Of a DNA stretch of 64,000 bases, positions 23,775 through 35,206 are shown piece after piece. The notes below the pieces were generated by a model. The model saw only the letters and a list, made by a program, of their open reading frames with translations. It was not told the DNA's origin and searched no databases. Both the position numbers and the translations under genes were made by a program. Positions within the stretch are counted from its first letter, which is position 1; the number at the start of each line of letters is the position of its first letter. Origin of the DNA: Macrostomum lignano (taxonomy: Eukaryota); contig NIVC01001487.1 in NCBI GenBank assembly GCA_002269645.1, positions 1 through 64,000 of the forward strand. Reading direction: 5' to 3'.

Positions 23775-25600
23775 TACATTAGAGATTCTATATTAGATCT
23801 GCTAGATTAAAAATGCCATATTAGAGATTCTAGATTAGATCTGCTAGATTAGAAAGGCAATATTGGAGATTCTAGATTAGATCTGCTAGATTAGAAAGGC
23901 AATATTGGAGATTCTAGATTAGATCTGCTAGATTAGAAAGACAATATTGGTGATTCTAGATTAGATACGCTAGATTAAAATAGCCATATTAGAGATTCTA
24001 GATTAGATCTGCTAGATTAGAAAGGCAATATTGGAGATTCTAGATTAGATACGCTAGATTAAAAATGCCATATTAGAGATTCTAGATTAGATCTGCTAGA
24101 TTAGAAAGGCAATATTGGAGATTCTAGATTAGATACGCTAGATTAAAAATGCCATATTAGAGATTCTAGATTAGATCTGCTAGATTAGAAAGACAATATT
24201 GGTGATTCTAGATTAGATACGCTAGATTAAAAATGCCACATTAGAGATTCTAGATTAGATCTGCTAGATTAGAAAGGCAATATTGGAGATTCTAGATTAG
24301 ATCTGCTAGATTAGAAAGACAATATTGGAGATTCTAGATTAGATCTGCTAGATTAGAAAGACAATATTGGAGATTCTAGATTAGATCTGCTAGATTAGAA
24401 AGGCAATATTGGAGATTCTAGATTAGATCTGCTAGATTAGAAAGGCAATATTGGAGATTCTAGATTAGATCTGCTAGATTAGAAAGGCAATATTGGAGAT
24501 TCTAGATTAGATCTGCTAGATTAGAAAGACAATATTGGTGATTCTAGATTAGATACGCTAGATTAAAAATGCCACATTAGAGATTCTAGATTAGATCTGC
24601 TAGATTAGAAAGGCAATATTGGAGATTCTAGATTAGATCTGCTAGATTAGAAAGGCAATATTGGAGATTCTAGATTAGATCTGCTAGATTAGAAAGACAA
24701 TATTGGAGATTCTAGTTTAGATCTGCTAGATTAGAAAGACAATATTGGAGATTCTAGTTTAGATCTGCTAGATTAGAAAGACAATATTGGAGATTCTAGT
24801 TTAGATCTGCTAGATTAGAAAGACAATATTGGTGATTCTAGATTAGATACGCTAGATTAAAAATGCCACATTAGAGATTCTAGATTAGATCTGCTAGATT
24901 AGAAAGGCAATATTGGAGATTCTAGATTAGATCTGCTAGATTAGAAAGACAATATTGGAGATTCTAGTTTAGATCTGCTAGATTAGAAAGACAATATTGG
25001 AGATTCTAGTTTAGATCTGCTAGATTAGAAAGGCAATATTGGAGATTCTAGATTAGATCTGCTAGATTAGAAAGACAATATTGGTGATTCTAGATTAGAT
25101 CTGCTAGATTAGAAAGACAATATTGGAGATTCTAGTTTAGATCTGCTAGATTAGAAAGGCAATATTGGAGATTCTAGATTAGATCTGCTAGATTAGAAAG
25201 ACAATATTGGTGATTCTAGATTAGATCTGCTAGATTAGAAAGACAATATTGGTGATTCTAGATTAGATCTGCTAGATTAGAAAGACAATATTGGAGATTC
25301 TAGATTAGATCTGCTAGATTAGAAAGACAATATTGGAGATTCTAGATTAGATCTGCTAGATTAGAAAGACAATATTGGAGATTCTAGATTAGATCTGCTA
25401 GATTAGAAAGGCAATATTGGTGATTCTAGATTAGATCTGCTAGATTAGAAAGACAATATTGGAGATTCTAGATTAGATCTGCTAGATTAGAAAGGCCACA
25501 TTAGAGATTCTAGTTTAGATCTGCTAGATTAGAAATGCTACATTAGAGATGCTAGATTAGATCTGCTAGATTGGAGATTAGAATAGAGATGGTACATTAG
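23775..25600. repeat. 42-bp minisatellite (ATTGGAGATTCTAGATTAGATCTGCTAGATTAGAAAGGCAAT)
   Basis: Period 42 measured (24366 to 24408); roughly 43 copies, degenerate at both edges. Confidence 0.97.
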
Positions 25601-26250
25601 AGATGCTAGATTAGAGATTGGGTGTGCTAGATTAGATCTGGTAGATTAGAAGTAGAAGACCTTAGATTGGAACTCGTAGCTGCTAGCAAGCTGGTTCACA
25701 GGGGCTATTAAGGCTCAGCTTCTGCCACTAATTATAGAAACTCAAGTTTGAACTTTCACCCAGCTGTCCGATTGTCCGTGTCTGATCGCATCTTTTATGT
25801 CCTATTTGTTCTTTCGAGTCCTAGGAAGAGGATGAGCAGACAAAGGGAAGCCGCCTTGATAAAATTACGCGTTTAGTTGTAACTTAGTCACACAGCTAGT
25901 GCAATTTGCCTTTGCTCAAATTGTTCCACGTTGAACCTGAGCACATATATAGCTCTCAATTGAAAAGGAGATACATGTAGGGGATTCAAAATTGAGATCC
26001 CCCCTCGCATAGTAACTGGACTCACAGGGATTTCCTAACAGCCGTCTTTCTCTCTTTGAATTCGAAAATCACTCAACTCCGTGAATTTGCTCCACCCTTG
26101 CCTTGTGTTCCACTTGTATTTTATAGCTTTCTATGTTGAATAATTTGCACTTATAATTGCCCACGCGGGGCCAGGAGTCTCAAAGCATTTTGCTCACCAT
26201 GCTGCTGTGTGGACTTTATTGTGTGCGGTGCAATAATACTTCAGGTATTA

Positions 26251-27596
26251 CGAGGTGTATTCAAAAAGTTCTTTTCGGTGCCCTACAAAACTGAACTCAA
26301 AACAACTGGAACTATGAAAACACTGTTAGATTGCTTAACATGATTCGGTCACTCAACATATTCACCGCCAATGTCTTTGCACTTCTGCCAGCGATTTACC
26401 AGGCCTCTGATTCCGGAACTCACACCACTCGCGTCCGTTTGGCGAACAGCTTGATTGCATGCAGCCTCGATGTGCTCGACGCTGTCGAATCGAATGCCCC
26501 GAAGGTGCTTCTTCACAGATGGAAATAAGAAGAAGTCGCACGGCGACAAATCAGGCGAATAGGCTGGATGTTGGAGCACTTCCCATCCCCATTTGCTCAG
26601 GAGTTCCACGACGTTGTGCTTGCGATGTGCTGGCGCATTGTCGTGCAGCAGGATCACGCCAGATTCCAGCAGATCAGGGCGCTTCTTTCGTATTGCTGGG
26701 CGCAGCTTCTCCTGCAGAATCCACTTGTAGTAGTCCCCATTGACGGTGGTTCCTTGTGGGACTGCCCAGTTCAGCAGGATTCCTTGGGAATCAAAAAACA
26801 TGACGTGCATGATCTTCATCGCGCCCTGCTTCCTGATGGCCTTCTGAGGTCTTGGAGAATGTGCTGGAAGCCATTCGGCAGACTGGGCCTTTGTCTCAGG
26901 ATCCCAGCTGTAAACCCACGTCTCGTCTCCAGCTACAATTCTTGATAGAAAATCCTCCCCTTCTCGATGGAACCGACGCAGGTGGCTGCTTGAAGCCACA
27001 GTTCGCTGCATCTTTTGCTCACCTGTCAGCAGGTGTGGCACCCACTTGCAAAACTTTTTCTGCAGGTGAAGACGCTCCGTCAGAATGGTGTGGACGCTTC
27101 CTACTGACACACCAACGTCTTCTGCCAACTCTTCGCAAGTCCGTCGCCGATCATCATCCAGGAGCTCTTGCACTTTCTTCACAACAGTCTCGTTGGTTGC
27201 AGTCATCGGCCTTCCAGAGCGATCATTGTCCTCAACGCTCTCTCTTCCCTCAGCGAACAGCCGGTACCATTTTCGAACTGTCTGCTCAGTTGGTGCACAT
27301 TTGCCAAGCACTTGCTGAAGCTCCCTAAACATATCCGGTGGCTTTTTTCCTTGCAGAAACTGAAACTTCATCAAGCTTCGAACGTCTTGCTTTGAAAATG
27401 ATTCAGCCATGGCCAAGAAATTGAGTGGTAGCTGATAGAAATGTTCGCTGCTCTAACATAGTTGCAAACTGAGACTTAAAACCCTAGGAACGTTTAGGCC
27501 ATAGACATAACTTGGTGAAATCGCTAAAATTCAGTTTACAAGGCTTTTTAAAAATAAATGCCAAAGGACCGAAAAGAACTTTTTGAATACACCTCG
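26251..27596 (-). mobile_element. Full-length mariner transposon (1346 bp)
   Basis: Perfect 29-bp TIR CGAGGTGTATTCAAAAAGTTCTTTTCGGT; TA duplicated at 26249-26250 and 27597-27598. Confidence 0.97.
26349..27416 (-). CDS. Mariner DD34D transposase, intact, 355 aa
   Basis: HTH N-terminus, WVPHLL, GDETW, HDNAPAH and YSPDLSPCDF motifs; 34 residues counted between second and third Asp. Confidence 0.97.
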   Translation of the reverse strand: MAMAESFSKQDVRSLMKFQFLQGKKPPDMFRELQQVLGKCAPTEQTVRKWYRLFAEGRESVEDNDRSGRPMTATNETVVKKVQELLDDDRRRTCEELAEDVGVSVGSVHTILTERLHLQKKFCKWVPHLLTGEQKMQRTVASSSHLRRFHREGEDFLSRIVAGDETWVYSWDPETKAQSAEWLPAHSPRPQKAIRKQGAMKIMHVMFFDSQGILLNWAVPQGTTVNGDYYKWILQEKLRPAIRKKRPDLLESGVILLHDNAPAHRKHNVVELLSKWGWEVLQHPAYSPDLSPCDFFLFPSVKKHLRGIRFDSVEHIEAACNQAVRQTDASGVSSGIRGLVNRWQKCKDIGGEYVE

Positions 27597-27607
27597 TATT
27601 GCACCGC

Positions 27608-28181
27608 TGTGAGGTGTGTCAGGTGTGAGGTGTACCAGCTGTGAGGTGTGTCAGCTGTGAGGTGTCAGCTGTGAGGTCTACCAGCTGTGAGGTGTACCAG
27701 CTGTGAGGTGTGTCAGCTGTGAGGTGTGTCAGCTGTGAGGTGTGTCAGCTGTGAGGTGTGTCAGCTGTGAGGTGTGTCAGCTGTGAGGTGTATCAGCTGT
27801 GAGGTGTACCAGCTGTGAGGTGTACCAGCTGTGAGGTGTACCAGCTGTGAGGTGTGTCAGCTGTGAGGTGTACCAGCTGTGAGGTGTACCAGCTGTGAGG
27901 TGTACCAGCTGTGAGGTGTACCAGCTGTGAGGTGTACCAGCTGTGAGGTGTACCAGCTGTGAGGTGTACCAGCTGTGAGGTGTGTCAGCTGTAAGGTGTG
28001 TCAGCTGTGAGGTGTGTCAGCTGTGAGGTGTGTCAGCTGTGAGGTGTGTCAGCTGTGAGGTGTACCAACTGTGAGGTTTACCAGCTGTGAGGTGTACCAG
28101 CTGTGAGGTGTACCAGCTGTGAGGTGTACCAGCTGTGAGGTGTGCCAGCTGTGAGGTGTGCCAGCTGTGAGGTGTACCAGC
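27608..28181. repeat. 16-bp minisatellite (TGTGAGGTGTACCAGC / TGTGAGGTGTGTCAGC)
   Basis: Direct inspection; roughly 35 copies. Confidence 0.97.
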
Positions 28182-28904
28182 GCATGCGATTCTAAGGTAA
28201 ATTATGATTTCGCGTCTTCTGGAACTCGCAGTCAGTCAGTTTGGAATCATTGTTTACAGAGTCCGCGATTTAAAGCCTCCATACTTTTTCAGAACCCTTG
28301 CATGCATTTCACAAGTCAGCGCCAGCAAGTTGTTCACTCAAAGATGGCTAATTTTAGAACTCCATGCATTATAGTGAGTGCATGGGCTCAACACTGGGCC
28401 AGGGGTTCCCTGTGCCGAGCAGGGGGGGGGGGGGCTTCCATCAGCAATTGAGGACTGAGGAATCCAGCTAATGGCTCCCCCCCCCCTCCTGCTCATCTCC
28501 GATTCCCGAAGCGGCCGGAGCCGAACAAGAAATTGATTTCCACTTTCTCTCTGTGGAGCGCGCTGATTCCCAGAGCCAGACTGTGGCTTGTTCTGTGCAG
28601 CCACATGTTCTGAGTTCTGAGTTCCCCCACACCGTGTGCCTCCCGCTGTTCTTCCCGGGCATTTGAGCCAACAAGCCGCGGCTGCTATTAAGAGTGAAAT
28701 AATCCCACACAGAAGCTGCAGCTTATCCCTGGCCTGCGGATTGGTTTGCTTATTGAAAAGGTTTTCAATATCCGCATTGGCGGGGATTAAAATGAGCTCT
28801 ATAAAAATGAAAGCGATGGCCATGTAAGTCTTTGTAGGGCAGGGGTCGGCTAAATATTTTAACTTAAGGGCCAGGTAGAGAATCCTGCTCAAGATTGCTG
28901 GCTA

Positions 28905-30585
28905 GAGAAAGGAGAGTGGAGAGAGGAGAGGGGAAGGAAGAGGAGGGAGAGGAGGGGAGAGAGGGAAGAGAATGGGAGAGAGGATAGGAGAAGAGAGAGA
29001 TGGGAGAGGAGGGGAGAGATGGGAGAGGAGGGGAGAGATGAGAGAGGAGGGGAGAGATGAGAGAGAAGGGAGAGATGGGAGAGGAGGGGAGAGATGGGAG
29101 AGGAGGGGAGAGATGGGAGAGGAGGGGAGAGATGGAAGAGGAGGGGAGAGATGGGAGAGGAGGGAGAGATGGGAGAGGAGGGGAGAGAGGATAGGAGAAG
29201 AGAGAGATGGGAGAGGAGGGGAGAGAGATGGGAGAGGAGGGGAGAGATGGGAGAGGAGGGGAGAGATGGGAGAGGAGGGGAGAGATGGAAGAGGAGGGGA
29301 GAGATGGGAGAGGAGGGAGAGATGGGAGAGGAGGGGAGAGAGGATAGGAGAAGAGAGAGATGGGAGAGGAGGGGAGAGAGATGGGAGAGGAGGGGAGAGA
29401 GGGAAGAGAATGGGAGAGAGGATAGGAGAAGAGAGAGATGGGAGAGGAGGGGAGAGATGGGAGAGGAGGGGAGAGATGAGAGAGGAGGGGAGAGATGAGA
29501 GAGAAGGGAGAGATGGGAGAGGAGGGGAGAGATGGGAGAGGAGGGGAGAGATGGGAGAGGAGGGGAGAGATGGAAGAGGAGGGGAGAGATGGGAGAGGAG
29601 GGAGAGATGGGAGAGGAGGGGAGAGAGGATAGGAGAAGAGAGAGATGGGAGAGGAGGGGAGAGAGATGGGAGAGGAGGGGAGAGATGGGAGAGGAGGGGA
29701 GAGATGGGAGAGGAGGGGAGAGATGGAAGAGGAGGGGAGAGATGGGAGAGGAGGGAGAGATGGGAGAGGAGGGGAGAGAGGATAGGAGAAGAGAGAGATG
29801 GGAGAGGAGGGGAGAGAGATGGGAGAGGAGGGGAGAGAGTGGAGAGGAGGGGAGAGATGGAAGAGGAGGGGAGAGATGGGAGAGGAGGGAGAGATGGGAG
29901 AGGAGGGGAGAGATGGAAGAGGAGGGGAGAGATGGGAGAGGAGGGAGAGATGGGAGAGGAGGGGAGAGATGGGAGAGGAGGGGAGAGAGGATAGGAGAAG
30001 AGAGAGATGGGAGAGGAGGGGAGAGATGGGAGAGGAGGGGAGAGATGGGAGAGGAGAGAGAGATGGAAGAGGAGGGGAGAGATGGGAGAGGAGGGGAGAG
30101 ATGGGAGAGGAGGGAGAAATGGGAGAGGAGGGGAGAGATGGGAGAGGAGGGGAGAGATGGGAGAGGAGGGAGAAATGGGAGAGGAGGGGAGAGATGGGAG
30201 AGGAGGGGAGAGATGGGAGAGGAGGGGAGAGATGGGAGAGGAGGGGAGAGATGGGAGAGGAGGGGAGAGATGGGAGGGGAGGGAGAAATGGGAGAGGAGG
30301 GGAGAGATGGGAGAGGAGGGGAGAGATGGGAGAGGAGGGGATAGAGGATAGGGGAAGAGAGAGATGGGAGAAGAGGTGAGAGGAATGGAGAGGTGGGAGA
30401 GGAGGGGAGAGATGGGAGAGGAGGGGAGAGATGGGAGAGGAGGGGAGAGATGGGAGAGGAGGGGAGAGATGGGAGAGGAGGGGATAGAGGATAGGGGAAG
30501 AGAGAGATGGGAGAAGAGGTGAGAGGAATGGAGAGGTGGGAGAGGAGGGGAGAGATGGGAGAGGAGGGGAGAGAGGGGAGATTAA
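28905..30585. repeat. Purine-rich ~19-bp minisatellite (GGGAGAGGAGGGGAGAGAT)
   Basis: ~1.7 kb that is almost entirely A/G on the + strand. Confidence 0.97.
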
Positions 30586-31839
30586 AGAAAAGAGAGCTGA
30601 TAAGAGACGCAAACCCTGAGGCGGATTGCTATTGTGAAGTTTCAAAGAACCCGAGGGCCGAAAAGAGACGCTTCGCGGGCCGCCGGTGGGAATCCCAACC
30701 CCTGTTGTAGGGTTTCGCAACTTATCAAAGCAGACTGGAAGCAAATTAAATCAGTTTTAATTGAAATTAATTAAAGTTTCTCAATCAAGGAGGCTTCCTA
30801 CTCCTTGATCTTCTTCAACCCCGAGCTGTGATCTCAGAGGAGAAATTCCCCGAAAGTTACTAAATTTCGAGTACCAAAACTAGAAAACTCTTTAATCTAG
30901 GCAGTTTCAAACAAAAATGTTGTGCTCTTTTTAAAAAACATATTTGTCCTAAAAGTTGTAGAATTGAAAACCGATTTGAAATTGCGCGCAAAACTCAACA
31001 ACAGAAAAGTTGTCTCCACTCCACAAGCAGACTGAGAACTTTTGTCCAGTCACATCCGCTGTGCGGCCGGGCCTCATTAGCCTGTCAATTATTGAGATCA
31101 GGAGGGACTGGAAGAGATTCGACTGCAGCAGCCCCCCCCCAAGCTCGCAGAAAAGACGCTGCAGGATGCAAAGCTTGATGAAGCGGACCTCGTGGGTGCA
31201 GGCCAAGTCGGCCCGGACTTTGGGGGATTCGCCGTGCGTGCAGTACGCGCGCGAAAGGGGGCACCCGAGGCACCCGCGGGCTCAAGTACCCGGCAGCGCA
31301 GGCAATTAAATCCCATAATTCGGAGGTTCGCGGCTTAAATCCCAAAGCCGATCCCGGCATCCCCTCCATGGATTACAAACACGCGGCGAGAGTGTCTGCG
31401 CGTGTGTCGGAATCTGTAACTGCGTGAAGCCGGGACCCCACATGACTGGCGCTGGCCCCTCACTCCCTGGGAGGGCGGACAGGGAGAGGATGAGATGAAG
31501 CGTTCAGTGAAGCGACTTGAGTTGTGCCAGTAACTCGAGCTGACAGCCCCCTCCTGCCCACCCTCTCTCTCTCCATTCTACCCACCCGCCTGCTCGCTGG
31601 TTTTTTATGCTGAACTTTATCGCGAAGCGGACACGCTCAGAATGTCCCCGCCAGGGCCCGAAGGGAAAGCGGGATTGTGTTCTGCCGGCTGGAGGGGAAA
31701 GCGTGGAATGCCCGATGAAAGTCCAGAGAGAGGTCGACCCGTCTGCCAATCAGAGATGGGACACGCAACATGAAAATTCTAAATTTTGGTCAAATAGTTT
31801 TTGTTCGGAAATTAAATGTGGACAAACATATTGAAGCCA

Positions 31840-32153
31840 TGCTGGCGCCCCTGGTGCTGGCGCCCCTGGTGCTGGCGCCCCTGGTGCTGGCGCCCCTGGT
31901 GCTGGCGCCCCTGGTGCTGGCGCCCCTGGTGCTGGCGCCCCTGGTGCTGGCGCCCCTGGTGCTGGCGCCCCTGGTGCTGGCGCCCCTGGTGCTGGCGCCC
32001 CTGGTGCTGGCGCCCCTGGTGCTGGCGCCCCTGGTGCTGGCGCCCCTGGTGCTGGCGCCCCTGGTGCTGGCGCCCCTGGTGCTGGCGCCCCTGGTGCTGG
32101 CGCCCCTGGTGCTGGCGCCCCTGGTGCTGGCGCCCCTGGTGCTGGCGCCCCTG
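31840..32153. repeat. Perfect 15-bp minisatellite (TGCTGGCGCCCCTGG), ~21 copies
   Basis: No variant copies seen. Confidence 0.97.
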
Positions 32154-32510
32154 ACACTTCTCAAAGATGCGTCTCACCCCAATGCAAAATCCTGGCTGCT
32201 CTCCCTGCTCTTACTGCGATCCGCCTCCTGACCGGCTGCAAAAATTCTTATCGATATTTAGCGACAGTGACGAAGCGACAGTGACGAAATTTCTGTCAAA
32301 AGGTTTCTGGTCTAAAAGAGAATTTTCATTCAAAAAAGTACACTTAAAGTTTTAGAGTGTACATTCAGAGCCGCATAGTGCAAGTAGTATGGACAGTAAA
32401 ATAGCTCCACGTTTTGTCATAAAAAAGGAAAAGAAAATTCCAGCAAATTAGAATCCGACCATCACGGACAAAACGTTTAGCCGAGCAATAGTACGATCGA
32501 GCAAAAAAAG

Positions 32511-33420
32511 ATACCAGTATCAAATACCGGAGGGTCTAAGGACTAAGCTACCAGTATCAAATACCGGAGGGTCTAAGGACTAAGCTACCAGTATCCAATA
32601 CTGGAGGGGTCTAAGGACTAAGCTACCAGTATCAAATACCGGAGGGTCTAAGGACTAAGCTACCAGTATCCAATACTGGAGGGGTCTAAGGACTAAGCTA
32701 CCAGTATCCAATACCGGAGGGTCTAAGGACTAAGCTACCAGTATCCAATACTGGAGGGTCTAAGGACTAAGATACCAGTATCCAATACCGGAGGGTCTAA
32801 GGACTAAGCTACCAGTATCCAATACTGGAGGGTCTAAGGACTAAGCTACCAGTATCAAATACCGGAGGGTCTAAGGACTAAGCTACCAGTATCCAATACT
32901 GGAGGGTCTAAGGACTAAGATACCAGTATCCAATACCGGAGGGTCTAAGGACTAAGCTACCAGTATTCAATACTGGAGGGTCTTAGGACTAAGCTACCAG
33001 TATCAAATACCGGAGGGTCTAAGGACTAAGCTACCAGTATCCAATACCGGAGGGTCTAAGGACTAAGCTACCAGTATTCAATACTGGAGGGTCTTAGGAC
33101 TAAGCTACCAGTATCAAATACCGGAGGGTCTAAGGACTAAGCTACCAGTATTCAATACTGGAGGGTCTTAGGACTAAGCTACCAGTATCAAATACCGGAG
33201 GGTCTAAGGACTAAGCTACCAGTATCAAATACCGGAGGGTCTAAGGACTAAGCTACCAGTATCCAATACTGGAGGGTCTAAGGACTAAGCTACCAGTATC
33301 CAATACCGGAGGATCTAAGGACTAAGCTACCAGTATCTAATATCGGAGGATCTAAGGACTAAGCTACCAGTATCCAATACCGGAGGTTCTAAGGACTAAG
33401 ATACCAGTCTCAAATACCGG
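32511..33420. repeat. 37-bp minisatellite (TACCAGTATC(A/C)AATAC(C/T)GGAGGGTCTAAGGACTAAGC)
   Basis: About 24 head-to-tail copies with no spacers. Confidence 0.97.
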
Positions 33421-34065
33421 AAGCTCTCAGTTCTCACTAGAAGCAGTCAAAATCTTTCGTCGCGCAATCATTCCGGACTAGCCAAATCCCGCTGCAACTC
33501 TGCGGCTGAAGTGCCGGGCGTGTGTTGATGTACTGCACTGCGCCTGACTCACCTGAGTTCAGTTACGAGTAACTCTAAACTAGCCAACCGGCCTAACTAG
33601 CCAAACCAGCCTATACTCAGCAGTGATCGATTCTAAGCTTTAAGCCCACTCACTTGTTTGTCTTTTAAGCCCATATATTGGTCTCGCCACCTACCACCTC
33701 GTATCTTCAATCATTGGAATATCTTGCTCGTCTCAAATATGCAACTTCGTACGTGACTCAAACCAAGCCTACGGGCAGCCTTGTCATCGTTTACTGGCAG
33801 CGACTTGACAACTTTCGCAACTTTTTTTAGCTTGTGTAGTTTTAAGCTTATGATGTTTGCTGTCTTTCGCTGAGGGGAAATTCGAACTTGTGAAAGGAAC
33901 GCCTTCAGTGTGTTTGTGTGCAAGGGTCAGGGGAGCTGGATTATGTTGAAATTCTGTAGCATCCGATTTCCGTAATGAATTCCAGGAATGCTCTTTAGAG
34001 TTTGCGCGAGAGTATATTTCTTCCTTTTTCCTTTTTCCTTTTTTCCTCAAGGCAGCTCGCAGCTT

Positions 34066-34668
34066 AGTATTGGTTTTTGCATGCTAAGTGAGACATTTTT
34101 CAAGCAATCTGAGACTGAATAGCAAAAACACTATTGTCTATGGCCACCCTTCGCTGCAGCCCAGCTTTTTGGGATCACCTTGCAAGCAAAGTGAGACATT
34201 TTTTCAAGCTAAGTGAGAACCATATTGAAAACAAAGGCTGGGCTATGGCAAATCAACTGCGTCTAACAAGCAACGAGGATAGAGAGCGCCTGGTCAATGC
34301 CGTCGAAGATGGTTACTCAATTTCGACAGCGTCCAAAATCCTTAATCTGAACAAGAAGACGGCCTATCGGATATGGAGTCGCTACGAAGCTACTGGTGAA
34401 TTCCATGCGTTGCAACGCGGTGGCCGCAAGCCGGGGTCAACAAAAATGGACAAATATATAGTTTCCGACAGTACATCATTTTGTAATTTCGTAAAACCAC
34501 CCCTTTTTCAATATGGTTCTCACTTAGCTTGAAAAAATGTCTCACTTTACTTGCAAGGCGCGCCCAAAAAGCTGGGCTGCAGCGAGGGATGGCCATAGAC
34601 AATAGTGTTTTTGCTATTCAGTCTCAGATTGCTTGAAAATGTCTCACTTAGCATGCAAAAACCAATAC
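34066..34668 (+). mobile_element. Internally deleted Tc1/IS630-type element with long IR-DR inverted repeats
   Basis: ~165-bp TIRs (34066-34231 / 34505-34668), each containing two AAGTGAGACATTTTT(T)CAAGC copies; interior keeps only an HTH fragment (from ATG 34245: DRERLVNAVEDGYSISTASKILNLNKKTAYRIWSRYEATG...RGGRKP); clean TA TSD not seen. Confidence 0.8.
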
Positions 34669-35206
34669 TTAAAACAAAGTATCAGAGCAGAATTATAACA
34701 AAATAAGTCTATGGCAGAAAAGAGAGACACACGTAGGATCAAATACCACAAATTCAAAAATATTTACAATTTTTCTGTGTTCTGTATGACGCGCCACTGT
34801 CCGTTTCTCAGCATTTAACGAACTTTTGCAAAATTGAAAGTAAAAAATGCGAATGCAGATATTATTCTTGGTGTTCCTGTACAGGCAGTTGTACAAATTC
34901 AATTTGTTCCTAAATCTATCGGATCTGGGATCTGTAAAATACAGTCGTCTGTGAATTTAGAATTTAGAATTCAGGATCAGGGATCTAAATTTAGGATCTA
35001 CTGCGGTCTAGGGATTAGGGATCTTGGAACCCTACTTTAACTGACTACTGAATTACAAGTAATCAAATCTTTTTCGCTGCTAACTTATTTCTCATTGGCT
35101 AATTTGAATACCAATGAGAATGCAATCGTTTCGGCATATACGAACTTAACGCACGCGACTGCAAAGCAACCGCCCAGCAACCATAATTCATAGTGGAGTA
35201 TCGAGA

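Noticed and set aside
28864-30744. Long Pro/Ser/Leu or Glu/Arg/Gly ORFs
   Set aside because: Translations of the purine-rich satellite; open in several frames on both strands
31750-32231. (PGAPA)n elastin/collagen-like protein
   Set aside because: Perfect 15-bp repeat open in all frames, non-ATG start, no codon-position variation or signal peptide
32511-33420. CRISPR array (37-bp partly palindromic repeat)
   Set aside because: Repeats are head-to-tail with no unique spacers, no cas genes, eukaryotic context
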